From Promethearchaeota archaeon (GTDB lineage: Archaea > Asgardarchaeota > Heimdallarchaeia > Hodarchaeales > Hodarchaeaceae): 64,000 bases of DNA. Location: positions 1-64,000 of the forward strand of contig JBHLMN010000010.1 in assembly GCA_048938105.1 (NCBI GenBank). Direction: 5' to 3'. Of this stretch, positions 18,534 through 29,184 are shown piece after piece; position 1 is the stretch's first letter; every line of letters starts with the position of its first letter. Below the pieces are notes generated by a model. The model made no database searches and was not told where the DNA came from. It saw only the letters and a list, made by a program, of their open reading frames with translations. The position numbers and the translations under genes are program-made.

Positions 18534-19559
18534 ATGGGAATTCAAAATGAAATTACTGAAACGACAGATCTATTTAATGATGATGGATCCCTTCTTCAAC
18601 GTGGTTGGGCACGAAAGCCGATCTTAACTTATAATAAGGAAAAGATTGGAAAAAGATGGACTAGAATTAAAGAATGGGATCATTTTTCGATTTTGGGCAA
18701 GCAATATGGCATCCAGTTAACTATTGGAGATATTGGATACCTTACCCAGATGAGTTATGTGTGGTTGGATTTCGAGAAGAAAAAGAGAACTGACAAAGCT
18801 ACCATGAAATTCTTTACAAAATCTAAATTGTTACCTCTTTCCTCATTGGAAGATAGTCGCATTATCTTTCCAACTAAAAAATTCAGTGCTATTATTTCAA
18901 AAGAAAAGGATAAACGAATACTAACCCTAGAGGATCCATCATTTCAAAAAGTGGGAATCAAAGCCACGATTACCCTGATAGATGACCCGAAAATGGATAA
19001 TACTGTTGTGGCAACTGGGTTCAAGGAAGATCCAAGATTATTTTACTATAACCATAAAATAAATTATATGCCCGCTGAGGGAACTATTGAAATTGGTGAT
19101 AACCAATATTTATTTGAACCTGATTCTTCGTTTGGATTAATGGACTGGGGGCGAGGTATTTGGCCCTATAGAACTCATTGGTTGTGGGGATCTGCTTGTG
19201 GAATGGTTAATGAGGTACCTGTGGCATTTAATATAGGTTATGGATTTGGGGATTTATCGACGCACACTGAAAATATTATTTTTTATAATGGTAAAACCCA
19301 TAAACTTGATGAAGTGACATTTCAACATGAGAATCGCGATCCGACCAAACCCTGGATATTTACAAGTAATGATGACAGATTCAAGATGGAGTTGAAACCG
19401 ATTATTCCCCATAAAGAGAAACTTAATTTTGGTCTTATTTCGTTAAATTCTTCACTATTGCATGGATTCTATTCTGGTGAAGTTATATTAGACAATGGTG
19501 AAAAGATTCATATTGAAGAGATGCTTGGTCATGCGGAAGACATCTACTGGCGGTGGTAA
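18534..19559 (+). CDS. DUF2804-family protein
   Basis: GWARKP, RIKEWD, FYYNHKIN.MPAEG, DWGRG.WPY...W.W, GYGFGD and TEN.IFYNG..HKL. Confidence 0.85.
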   Translation: MGIQNEITETTDLFNDDGSLLQRGWARKPILTYNKEKIGKRWTRIKEWDHFSILGKQYGIQLTIGDIGYLTQMSYVWLDFEKKKRTDKATMKFFTKSKLLPLSSLEDSRIIFPTKKFSAIISKEKDKRILTLEDPSFQKVGIKATITLIDDPKMDNTVVATGFKEDPRLFYYNHKINYMPAEGTIEIGDNQYLFEPDSSFGLMDWGRGIWPYRTHWLWGSACGMVNEVPVAFNIGYGFGDLSTHTENIIFYNGKTHKLDEVTFQHENRDPTKPWIFTSNDDRFKMELKPIIPHKEKLNFGLISLNSSLLHGFYSGEVILDNGEKIHIEEMLGHAEDIYWRW

Positions 19560-19600
19560 TTAACCGCAGTTTTCATTTAATGTGGATAGAGTTGCCTATT

Positions 19601-20128
19601 ATGGAATATCGATTGCTAAATAAAGAGGAGCTTACAAGGGTCAGTGAAATTGACCGAACTGAGACAATAGAGAATATCTATTATTATAAAGAAGGGAAGT
19701 TAGAATTAGTCAAAGAATACTACGAGATCAAGAAATGGAACCACGAAGAATTACAGGCCCACATCTCTTCTCTCAATGATATATATGACAGAGGAGGGTT
19801 CATATTTGGAGCTTTTGACGAATCGAATATTGCAGGAATTATATCACTAGACAGTGAACGTATTGGAAGGAATAGGGATCAACTAAATCTTGCTGGCCTT
19901 TGGGTTAGCAATCATTATAGGAAAATGGGAGTAGGAAAAACCTTAGTTGAATTAGTAAAGGAAAAAGCAATGGAACTAGGTGCAAAAATGCTTTATGTTT
20001 CCGCAACCCCATCACAAAATACAGTACACTTCTACATGAACAGAGGATTTGAATTAGCAAAAGAAGTAATTGAGAAATTATATGAATTAGAGCCTGAAGA
20101 TATTCACATGGAATACAAATTAATATAA
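19601..20128 (+). CDS. GNAT acetyltransferase
   Basis: LWVSNHYRKMGVGKTL, YVSATPSQNTVHFY..RGF and LEPEDIHME. Start taken at MEYRLL. Confidence 0.9.
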   Translation: MEYRLLNKEELTRVSEIDRTETIENIYYYKEGKLELVKEYYEIKKWNHEELQAHISSLNDIYDRGGFIFGAFDESNIAGIISLDSERIGRNRDQLNLAGLWVSNHYRKMGVGKTLVELVKEKAMELGAKMLYVSATPSQNTVHFYMNRGFELAKEVIEKLYELEPEDIHMEYKLI

Positions 20129-20300
20129 ATTATTAAAAAACAAATGAGTTTAAGGTAGGGAGTGTGTCACATAATAATTAAGTTAATAACTTTTAGAAGA
20201 AGAATATCCTAAAAACTAAAGGTATTTGTAAGCTTTTCAGATTAAAATAATTTACAAATGATCTAAACTTTGCATAGTGGTGTCAATTGAGGAATGAACA

Positions 20301-20744
20301 ATGGATGATTTGTTAACCGAATATTCTGTGGTTATAGAACTACCTGTGTCTTGGGGAGATATGGATGCTCTTCAGCATGTAAACCATACTGCTTATTTCC
20401 GTTATTTCCTGAACGGTCGTGTTTCTTATTTAGAAAAGCTAAAAGCTTTAAACTCAATGGACGAAACAGGAGTGGGACTCATTCTTGCTTCAATCCAGTG
20501 CAGATTCAAGATGCCTTTAACGTATCCTGACAAGCTTTTGGTTGGCACAAAAGTTGATAAAATTCTCAAAGACCGAATATTCATCAAACAGGTTCTCATT
20601 AGTAGCAAACATAAGAAAAAAGCTGCAGAAGCAGAGGCCCTTCTCGTCGCGTTCGATTACCAAAAAAACCGTAAAACAATTTTACCTGAAGAGTTGGAAC
20701 ATAAAATACAAAACCTAGAGCGATCAAAACAGAAAAATTCTTAG
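20301..20744 (+). CDS. Acyl-CoA thioesterase (4HBT/YbgC hot-dog family)
   Basis: WGDMDALQHVNHTAYFRYF and PLTYPD. Confidence 0.92.
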   Translation: MDDLLTEYSVVIELPVSWGDMDALQHVNHTAYFRYFLNGRVSYLEKLKALNSMDETGVGLILASIQCRFKMPLTYPDKLLVGTKVDKILKDRIFIKQVLISSKHKKKAAEAEALLVAFDYQKNRKTILPEELEHKIQNLERSKQKNS

Positions 20745-20960
20745 AAAAATATCTATCAATACCAATGCTTCTAGTTGAACATCAGGCTTCGTTAGATAAC
20801 ACAGTTGTTAATTTTGAGATGAATTATTTCTTTTCGATTCCATTATCTTTTGGAAAAGGTGAGGAGGAAATATTGACTGAATACATGTGAATAAAAATAT
20901 TTGAAAGGATGAAGTGTAATGGAATTAAACATTGTTATAGTTCGTTATTAGATTGATTGA

Positions 20961-21389
20961 TTGAATAAGATTAAGAAAAAAATAATTATCTGGAAAAAAG
21001 ATAGATATTTAAAGATGGATGGAAAAGAGGACTCAAAAGGTGATTTAGAAATAAAACCATTCATAGAATGGGATTCTTCAATTGGGAGGACACTTCAATA
21101 CATCGGAATCCTCTTTGGAATCCTTCTGATTGTTATGCTAATTATTGGATTGTTATCTCAGATTATACTTTTTCTTTTAATATCGTTGAGAGTTTTTGAA
21201 AGCCTAGGAATTACCAATTGGAGATTTTTTGGCATGTTTTATGAAGTTTCAGAAAAAGGAGGATCACTTGGGTATAATTTATTAGCATTAGATAGCCTTT
21301 TTCTCAGTTTCTTAGTAACATTAAGTATTTGGGGAATTTTTCATAAACAAATAAGAGAGAAAATTTTCGGTAAAAAATTAGAGGAGTAA
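20961..21389 (+). CDS. Hypothetical membrane protein
   Basis: Two or three hydrophobic helices. Start probably ATG 21015 (MDGKED). Confidence 0.6.
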   Translation: MNKIKKKIIIWKKDRYLKMDGKEDSKGDLEIKPFIEWDSSIGRTLQYIGILFGILLIVMLIIGLLSQIILFLLISLRVFESLGITNWRFFGMFYEVSEKGGSLGYNLLALDSLFLSFLVTLSIWGIFHKQIREKIFGKKLEE

Positions 21390-21441
21390 AATAATAAGAT
21401 CCTCCCTTATACAATTCCAACTTAATATTAAAGAACATTGT

Positions 21442-22515
21442 TTAATGCATAATACAGGCCATTATCCCTTTTTGTGCATGTAGCCTGTTTTCTGCTTGAT
21501 CAAAAATAATCGATCTTTCACCATCAGCGACTTCATCATCCACTTCCATCCCACGATCTTGTGGTAAACAATGCATGTAATAGCCTCGTCCATTCTTTGT
21601 TAAATCCATTAATTCAACTGTTGTCTTCCATTGTTTGTATTTATTCATGATCTCTGGCATGATTTCAGGTTTAGCGGGTCTAACACCTTCAATCCCATGA
21701 GCCTCAAACACTCCCCAGCTCTTAGGATAGACAAAATCTGCCTCCTCAAAAGCGCTTTTCATATTCCGTTCAATTTGAAATGTCCCTCCATAAATATCGC
21801 AATGTTCTTCTACTTTTTTGATGATATCAGGATGGAGATCAAATTCTGGTGGACAAGCTAACGTTAAATCCATACCAAACATAGATGGGGCTAGAACTCC
21901 TGTTTGTGGTACCGCCATGGGTTTTTGACCTGCAGAATACGCCCAGCTCATAACGAATTTCTTTCCGTGTAATTTGTTGAAATTATGGCTACATTTCTCG
22001 TATATAGTCATAATATCGGCCATTCCTTGGCAAGGATGATACACATCAGACTCCATATTGATGATGGGTTTTTTACTCCAATAAGCGAAGTTTTCTTGAA
22101 TTTTCTGTCCTTTACCATAGATCCAGTTGCACTTATCCCCGTATATACGTATAGCTATGGCATCTCCCATTCTAGATAACACGCGTGAAACATCAGATAC
22201 CCTTTCTGTAGCATAAGCAATCTCATCCCCTGGTAATGCGGGGGTATAGATAGCTCCAGGTTGGAGAAAATGAGCATGACCTCCTAACTGTGTCATTCCC
22301 GCTTCAAATGAATTTCGAGTTCGAAGTGAATCATTATAAAATATCATAAATAAAGTTCGACCAGGGAGAATGTGTCTATGATCCTCATGTGCAACAAAGC
22401 GTTTTTTTAGATCAATACCAACAAGTAACATTGTTTCTATTTCTTCTCGTGTGAAATCAACCATTGTGAGAAAATCTCGCCCTTTCAAGTCTTCAGTAGT
22501 TACCATAATAATCAT
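21442..22515 (-). CDS. Knotted-type transcarbamylase (YgeW / N-acetylornithine carbamoyltransferase-like)
   Basis: SLRTRNSF, HPCQGMAD, SWAYS..KPMAVPQ, VYPKSW, YMHCLP and QAENRLH. Confidence 0.9.
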   Translation of the reverse strand: MIIMVTTEDLKGRDFLTMVDFTREEIETMLLVGIDLKKRFVAHEDHRHILPGRTLFMIFYNDSLRTRNSFEAGMTQLGGHAHFLQPGAIYTPALPGDEIAYATERVSDVSRVLSRMGDAIAIRIYGDKCNWIYGKGQKIQENFAYWSKKPIINMESDVYHPCQGMADIMTIYEKCSHNFNKLHGKKFVMSWAYSAGQKPMAVPQTGVLAPSMFGMDLTLACPPEFDLHPDIIKKVEEHCDIYGGTFQIERNMKSAFEEADFVYPKSWGVFEAHGIEGVRPAKPEIMPEIMNKYKQWKTTVELMDLTKNGRGYYMHCLPQDRGMEVDDEVADGERSIIFDQAENRLHAQKGIMACIMH

Positions 22516-22705
22516 TCCTTTATTAAAAATCGATAATACTCTATTGAAGCAATTTTCATATTCAGTAATTGTAAAGTAAGTAGAGTAAACTCCGAGGCAA
22601 TTAGTTCATATTTTTTTGCAAAAACTCATATTACGTCTTAACAATCGCAAAAATGATTAGAGCTCTAAGGAAACTTACTTTAAACACATTTAAGCTAAGA
22701 TTTTA

Positions 22706-23512
22706 TTAATTAATGATAAAATTACTATCTTTTGAAGTACAACAAGAAGGGGAAGAAAAATATCCTTGAGAAACTTCTAACAATGAAGTTTCAGTAGTCC
22801 AAATTGCGTGCCAGTAATTTGTATTCCAATTTGAGATTGTTAAAAGGATTTTATTGTCCACAATGAGGAAAAAGCATTTACAATTAATGGCTTGAAAATC
22901 AAATGGAAAAGGTTTAGTTGGGATCTCTTGATGAAAAAAACCAAGTGATAAATTTGAAATCCTTTCCTGTGCTTGTTTAATGGACTTCTCAAGAAAATAG
23001 AACATCTCTTTGTTCGGCATCATTAATGTTATACTAGAAGCCGCATCATCGATCAATCGTTTAACATGATTAAAAATATTGGTTTTTCCCTTAATTATAT
23101 ACGCAATTTTAGGTGATTCTTCATGATCCTGATAAATGGGGACTAAAGATTTAATTAACTTATCAATAAAAGTCATTTTTATCGTATATTCTGTTTTGAA
23201 AATTGTTCGTAAATTTTCCATTGCTTCAATAGGATGAATAGCTATATACTTCTTTGGTACTCCTTCTTGAAGGATGATTAATCCCTTTTTTTGTAGATTT
23301 TCCATAATCCGATATATTTTACTATCTGGAATTCCAGTTTTCCCCACCAATTTACTCGCGGTTGTTGATTCTAATGGTAATAATGCTATATATGCTCTTG
23401 CTTCATTCCTAGATAGATTCAGATCCATTAAATCATCGATTAATTGTTTTTCTGACCGATCAAGTTTAATTGTTGCCTTACTAAGGGATTTTGTCAAAAT
23501 AATTTCTTCCAT
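22706..23512 (-). CDS. TrmB-family transcriptional regulator
   Basis: LSRNEARAYIALL..TAS.L...TGIPDSKIY.I...L..KGLI...G.PKKY wHTH, followed by a PLD-like effector domain (FLIVDNK). Confidence 0.9.
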   Translation of the reverse strand: MEEIILTKSLSKATIKLDRSEKQLIDDLMDLNLSRNEARAYIALLPLESTTASKLVGKTGIPDSKIYRIMENLQKKGLIILQEGVPKKYIAIHPIEAMENLRTIFKTEYTIKMTFIDKLIKSLVPIYQDHEESPKIAYIIKGKTNIFNHVKRLIDDAASSITLMMPNKEMFYFLEKSIKQAQERISNLSLGFFHQEIPTKPFPFDFQAINCKCFFLIVDNKILLTISNWNTNYWHAIWTTETSLLEVSQGYFSSPSCCTSKDSNFIIN

Positions 23513-23571
23513 TCCTCTACTTACCCTTGGTAGGAGAAGTTTATATATTTTATTCTTTAGGCATTAAATAG

Positions 23572-24354
23572 GTGCATCATACAATGAGTCAATTCAAGGA
23601 AGAAGTAAAAAAGAGTTATGCTAAAGCAATAAATAAACATATCCAATCAAGACTTATTGAACAATCAAATTGCTGTTCTCCATCAGCAACACCAATTGAA
23701 AACGAAAAGCTGACACAAACAGATTGTTGTCCCCCCTCAACATCAGAAAAGGAAAAAGAATCCGTTATTCCCAGTTTTGGTTGTGTTATCAACCTTGTAC
23801 AGAAAGCGAATATTCAAAAAGGTGATATAGTAGTAGATTTGGGTAGTGGGGCTGGTCATGACCTTTTTCAGGCAGCTGATCTTGTTGGACCAGAAGGGAG
23901 AGCAATTGGTATTGATTTTACCCCAGATATGATCATTGCAGGAATGAAAAGCGCAACAAAAAAAGGTTATACAAATGTAGATTTTAGATTGTCAGATATA
24001 GAGAATATCGAGATTCTACCAGATAATTTTGCTGATGTTATAATTAGTAATTGTGTGATCAATCTCACCATGGATAAAGGAGCTGTTTTCAAAGAAGCTT
24101 TCAGAATACTTAAACCTGGTGGACGTTTAGTGGATGCAGATATCATTGCTAGTGACCAATTACCATCTGAAATCACACAAGATCCCGAAGCATGGTGTTC
24201 TTGCTTAGGTGGAGCATTAACAGAAGAAGGATATAGTGAGAAAATCAAGGAAGCTGGTTTCAAAGAGGTTCAAGTGACGATATTTAATGATTTCAAATAT
24301 CTGGAAAATAAATTTTACAGCGGTATTATTGAAACACAGAAACCAGCAACTTGA
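23572..24354 (+). CDS. arsM: Arsenite S-adenosylmethionine methyltransferase
   Basis: SFGC, VDLGSGAGHD, ADVIISNCVINL, ILKPGGRL, WCSCLGGAL and N-terminal CC pairs. Start possibly ATG 23584. Confidence 0.88.
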   Translation: MHHTMSQFKEEVKKSYAKAINKHIQSRLIEQSNCCSPSATPIENEKLTQTDCCPPSTSEKEKESVIPSFGCVINLVQKANIQKGDIVVDLGSGAGHDLFQAADLVGPEGRAIGIDFTPDMIIAGMKSATKKGYTNVDFRLSDIENIEILPDNFADVIISNCVINLTMDKGAVFKEAFRILKPGGRLVDADIIASDQLPSEITQDPEAWCSCLGGALTEEGYSEKIKEAGFKEVQVTIFNDFKYLENKFYSGIIETQKPAT

Positions 24355-24588
24355 ATTATTCTTTATACAATCGAAAACTTACCTACATCATATCTACATT
24401 TTTCTAAGTCTGGTATTTTTTTTTAGTTCTCTTGACTTATCGATCTATTTTTGCCACTTTCTGCTAATATAAATATGTCAGTGTAATAATCATTCATAAA
24501 TCTGTAAAAACAATTATTTACTCTAATGGAATTTAAACCATATTATTTCTAATCTAATCAACTTATATGTTTTTTATCTGGTGATTTC

Positions 24589-27500
24589 ATGACTGTTTCT
24601 GCTATTACGGATAAAGATAACTTTGAAGGGATAATTCGTCCGATTGATACAAGTATTGATTCAGGAAAATTAGCAATTTTTTTCAATGCGATTGATGATC
24701 TGTGGCCAGGAACTTGGACTCAGGGAATCAAATATGATGAAAAGCGTGCACGAGAATTCATTGAAAAAAGGAAAGCTATGGAATGCTTCGTTGCTTTTGA
24801 TCCCCAAGATCGTTTAGTTGGTATCTGTTCTGTTCATAAGCGAATGGAAGAACCTAATGTTTCATATATTGGTATTTTAGGTGCCCATCCTGAAGTATTA
24901 GGCAAGAAATATGGTAAACATCTACTCCTCACAGCAGTTGATTTTAGTGTTAAAAATGGGGATGTACGACAAGATCTACACACGTGGCCATCAAATATGA
25001 AAGCTGTACCACTTTACAAGAAGATTGGTCTTCAATGGGTTCCCGATACATCAGTATATATGCAGAATTATATTCCTGTTATTTTACAAAACTCTTTCTG
25101 TAAACCGTTTTTTGATAAACACCCTGATTGGTATTTAAATCAGAAACGTGAAATCACACAAGCTCCTGATGAACAGACCCTAGGATCTATGAAAGTCTTT
25201 CTTTATCGATTTGAGAAGGAGGAAGATTTTCTGGAAGTTATTGTTGATCGTTACAGCCGATCCATTACTGGTATTACCAGAAGAATAAATGGTGAATTAA
25301 TCGAAATATCTTTGCAACAAAAAAATCATGATGTCTTTGCTGGAATTGAGCAAAATATCTCTTTATTCATAAAGAATGAATCCAATAAGGAGCTATCTGT
25401 TATTGTATCTTTAGAGGGGTCTAAAGAAGTTAGTATAAAAACAAGTCAAGAGATGATAACAGTTCCCAAGGGAAGTAAGACTCTTGAAAATACCTATATT
25501 GTTGAAGATACAACCTCTGATACTGATATCCAGAGAAAAACTCCTAGTATTAAAAGTCGAATTATCATAGATGGAGAAGTCCTTACATTAGAAGCAGGTA
25601 TGAGAGTTCGTCAGCTTATTGATATCAAGATCGCAGATCAGGTTTGGTGGAGGCCTTCTGGTAATCAAAATATATCAATACACGTCCAAAATAGGTCAGA
25701 GGAAACCATTGAAGGAGAGATGTTATTCTGGTCAATAAATGATATTGATATTCTTTCTCCTGCTATTCCAATCCGTCTAGCTCAAGAAGAGAATAGTGGT
25801 TTCAATGTTCAAATAAAAACACCCATAAATGATAAGGACATTTTCATGATTTTATATTGTCAAATCAAGATGGGGAACATTAAGAGTAGAATATTTGAAC
25901 TTCCTATTTTCCTTTCCGATAATCCAGGCTTAGCAGCTGGTATACAACAAGATAAAAAGTGCGTAATTATCCAAAACCAATATATTCATGGTGTTATAAA
26001 ATTAGAAGGAGCTAGCGCTGAGTTTCGTACGCCTAATGATGCTTTGATGGGAATTGGAGTTCGTACACTTGATTATGGACCTCCTTTTGGTTTTAGTGAA
26101 TTTAATCAGGCTGAATTTAGTCCAAAAATCATTGAAAAAAGAAATTCTATTCAAGTTAAACTTTCAAGGAGAGGAAATTCAAAAAAAGATTTGATTTTTC
26201 ATCGGATTTTTGAGTTAAAGGCAGGAAACCCTCACTTTTCAATATGGACGGAGGTTCAGAACTTAGGAACTGTAGATGACCAAATTACTACTATTTTAGA
26301 GCCTCATTTCACCCATGGTATAAACATGCCCTTTGGGGAAACCTTCTTTGTTTTTGAAGATCAGCTTGTTTCTGGGCCTTCTTTTTTCTGGCCAGCTGGA
26401 AAAGGAGACTTACCTGAAGGAACAGAAAAGTATGAACCTTGGATTTGTATCCAAGTAGGAGATACTAGCTATTACCATATTTATGAAACTCATGATGTTA
26501 AAGCAGACCCAAGTCGGAATAAATTGTCATCACTTGAAAAACAGATTCAAATATCCGCTCTCTCCTCTTCTAGCGGGTCAAAGAGCTGGATTGGCTGTGG
26601 AAAGATGGATTGGAAGAGAATTCGTGAACTATCATATTTTCTGAGTAAAAAGCAAGTGTTGCTTCCAACCCAGAAGAAAATTACACCAAAATCCTATCTT
26701 CAAATTGATATCCCAATAGATCAATTGCTTATTGGAAAAAAATCATCAGATGTCCAGATTACTTTAAAATCAACCCGTTTAATGCCTCTAAATGGTCGTT
26801 TAATTATTGAGGTACCAAAAGGATGGCAAATCTCTCCTAGGGAATTTAATATTACTGATTTAAACTTATTGAATTCCCAAGATTATAAATGTGAAATATT
26901 ATTACCTCAAAAAGTCAATTTTGGAATTTATAAAGTACCATTTATCATACAAACCCCTGAAAAGATAGAAATCAAGTATATTCGATTTTTAGTTTTTGAT
27001 GGAACAGAAAAACCAGAAATTCACGATCTAGCACCAGAATCAAATAAGAGACAGGTCTTGATAAAGAATAAGAGTCTTGAGATTAAAAGTTCAGCTGATT
27101 TTGCAGCTTGTTTGACTCAAATACAATATAATGGACATCCTTATCTACTCTCTAATTTTCCAGAGTATTCTCCATCGATTTTTTTCTCGAAAGATCCTGG
27201 TGGTATGGTTAATTCCATTTTTCTAGGTGAAAATGATGATTTGGACGAATCAAAGTATTCTAAAGAGAAGTATACAGCCACAAAAATCCAATCGGAACAT
27301 TGGATTGGAGTTGAATATTCGGCAATAATTCATGAACAAAAGTCATTAAAAGGGTTAATAATGAAAATTGCATATGAATTATTAGGAGGAACCTCGAGTT
27401 TAGTTCGGGTTCGAACAACAATCCATAATCCAACTTCAACAACATTTCGAGCCACATCATTTAGCTTTTTAAGCCCAGGGATCGATGGAAGTATAGAAGA

Positions 27501-27813
27501 CATGGTTTCAAGCTTTTCTATTGGTAGTGAAGCGCCTTTTCAATTTTCAAGGGAGAATCCAGTCCCTATTTTTGGAGTGGGACCAGATAATATGACCCAT
27601 TTGACATTCAAGAAGAAAGATAACTCTCTTTCCCTTATTAAAACGTCTTCAAGATCTATTATTTTTCCTCTTGATGGAGGAAAAATGATTCTTGGAGCTG
27701 GTTTTATTACGTTTTGGAACTTAGAGCCCAATCAAACTGATGAAGTTACCTACTTTATTTCCCTGAACAGTAAAAAGGATTTTTTAGAGGATGTACCCCG
27801 AATTTTTTGTTAA
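24589..27813 (+). CDS. Large (1074 aa) N-terminal GNAT-domain protein with beta-sandwich C-terminal region
   Basis: ILGAHPEVLGKKYGKHLL...TWPSNMKAVPLYKKIG GNAT motif, followed by about 800 aa beta-rich sequence including NEW3/Ig-like VPKGWQISP. Confidence 0.8.
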   Translation: MTVSAITDKDNFEGIIRPIDTSIDSGKLAIFFNAIDDLWPGTWTQGIKYDEKRAREFIEKRKAMECFVAFDPQDRLVGICSVHKRMEEPNVSYIGILGAHPEVLGKKYGKHLLLTAVDFSVKNGDVRQDLHTWPSNMKAVPLYKKIGLQWVPDTSVYMQNYIPVILQNSFCKPFFDKHPDWYLNQKREITQAPDEQTLGSMKVFLYRFEKEEDFLEVIVDRYSRSITGITRRINGELIEISLQQKNHDVFAGIEQNISLFIKNESNKELSVIVSLEGSKEVSIKTSQEMITVPKGSKTLENTYIVEDTTSDTDIQRKTPSIKSRIIIDGEVLTLEAGMRVRQLIDIKIADQVWWRPSGNQNISIHVQNRSEETIEGEMLFWSINDIDILSPAIPIRLAQEENSGFNVQIKTPINDKDIFMILYCQIKMGNIKSRIFELPIFLSDNPGLAAGIQQDKKCVIIQNQYIHGVIKLEGASAEFRTPNDALMGIGVRTLDYGPPFGFSEFNQAEFSPKIIEKRNSIQVKLSRRGNSKKDLIFHRIFELKAGNPHFSIWTEVQNLGTVDDQITTILEPHFTHGINMPFGETFFVFEDQLVSGPSFFWPAGKGDLPEGTEKYEPWICIQVGDTSYYHIYETHDVKADPSRNKLSSLEKQIQISALSSSSGSKSWIGCGKMDWKRIRELSYFLSKKQVLLPTQKKITPKSYLQIDIPIDQLLIGKKSSDVQITLKSTRLMPLNGRLIIEVPKGWQISPREFNITDLNLLNSQDYKCEILLPQKVNFGIYKVPFIIQTPEKIEIKYIRFLVFDGTEKPEIHDLAPESNKRQVLIKNKSLEIKSSADFAACLTQIQYNGHPYLLSNFPEYSPSIFFSKDPGGMVNSIFLGENDDLDESKYSKEKYTATKIQSEHWIGVEYSAIIHEQKSLKGLIMKIAYELLGGTSSLVRVRTTIHNPTSTTFRATSFSFLSPGIDGSIEDMVSSFSIGSEAPFQFSRENPVPIFGVGPDNMTHLTFKKKDNSLSLIKTSSRSIIFPLDGGKMILGAGFITFWNLEPNQTDEVTYFISLNSKKDFLEDVPRIFC

Positions 27814-27830
27814 TGCTAAATGAAAAATGA

Positions 27831-29099
27831 TCAACTAACTTTTAGGTTACTATTCAATAGGGATTGAAGTTCAGAGATACGAGGAAAAATTGGAGGGGGG
27901 AGTGACATCTGCTGGAATAAGACATTAGGATCTTTAAACCCGACACCAGTTATAGGTATGACTACTCGATCTGATCGATCAATCTCTCCCATTTCAATTA
28001 ACACTTCAAGACCAGAAAGTCCTGTGGTCCCTGAAGGTTCACCGAAAATTCCTTCATATTGTGCTAACCATCGTTGAGTTTTGAGAATGGATTTTTCCGA
28101 TACAGCTACCGCGGTTCCTGAACTATCATAAATTGCAGCTAATGCGGAGTCTGCATCCCAAGGATGAGGATCAGCAAGCCCTCCTGCAACAGTGTGTGGG
28201 GTTTTCTCCCAGTCTTGGAATTCTAATGGTGGGGTATTTTTTTCTACTCCTTTAACAATCGGAGCACACTCTTCAGGTTGAACTGCTACATGACGGGGAA
28301 TCTTTGTAATATAGTCAAGTATTTCAAATTCTTTGAAGCCCTTGTAAGTTCCTGCTAATAATCCACCGCTACCAGTTGCTAATATCACCCAATCTGGTGG
28401 GTCCCATTCAAATTGCTCACAAAGCTCAAATCCGAGGCTTTTTGTGCCTTCAAACTGAAACGGATTGAAAGGACCAAATGAGGGAGAAGGCATCCATCCG
28501 AATGTTTTATAAGCCATACGAAAGAGTGTAACCGATGGATCTTGGCCTTCAACGGTTTCCTTAACTCGAATTACTTTCGCTCCTAAATAATTCAGCTGGG
28601 ATAATTTACCTTCAGATGCATGTTCAGGTACAAAAACAATAACTTTCTTTCCCGCTCGTGCACCATAAGTAGCTAATGCTGCTGCAGCATTTCCTGATGA
28701 AGCTGCTGTCAAGACCTCAGCGTTTAGTTCAACCCCTTTCGATACTCCTACAGAAATTGGCCTGTCTTTAAAGCTCCCTGAAGGATTTCCTGTTTCTACT
28801 TTGAAGAATAAATTCTTGAGCCCAAATTTTTCCTTACCCAAGCGACGAGAAGGTAAAAGAGGAGTCCCTCCTCCTCCAAGATCAATTATGTTTCTTGATT
28901 CACATATAGGAAAAAACTCCCGATATCTCCAATGTCTGAAAGGTCTTCTCTGAAGCTTTTCTTTTGTGATTGTTTCTTTTAATTTTTCATAATTGAAATC
29001 TATTCGTAGACGAAACCCACAACCACAATTTTTGGTCAAGAATTCCTTCTCTGGTATTATTATGTTACACTTGGGGCATCTAAAAGAAGAATTATACAT
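27831..29099 (-). CDS. thrC: Threonine synthase-family PLP enzyme (fold type II)
   Basis: N-terminal Zn ribbon, GGTPL, NPSGSFKDR, ASSGNAAAALA, EGTKSLGFE, ATGSGG, EGIFGEP and TGVGFKD. Confidence 0.85.
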   Translation of the reverse strand: MYNSSFRCPKCNIIIPEKEFLTKNCGCGFRLRIDFNYEKLKETITKEKLQRRPFRHWRYREFFPICESRNIIDLGGGGTPLLPSRRLGKEKFGLKNLFFKVETGNPSGSFKDRPISVGVSKGVELNAEVLTAASSGNAAAALATYGARAGKKVIVFVPEHASEGKLSQLNYLGAKVIRVKETVEGQDPSVTLFRMAYKTFGWMPSPSFGPFNPFQFEGTKSLGFELCEQFEWDPPDWVILATGSGGLLAGTYKGFKEFEILDYITKIPRHVAVQPEECAPIVKGVEKNTPPLEFQDWEKTPHTVAGGLADPHPWDADSALAAIYDSSGTAVAVSEKSILKTQRWLAQYEGIFGEPSGTTGLSGLEVLIEMGEIDRSDRVVIPITGVGFKDPNVLFQQMSLPPPIFPRISELQSLLNSNLKVS

Positions 29100-29184
29100 T
29101 TATATTACACATCTGTTTTATAAAAAGCATTAATTCAGTTAAGAAGTTTAATGGTCTTAACAATATGATATAAAGCAAATTTGT

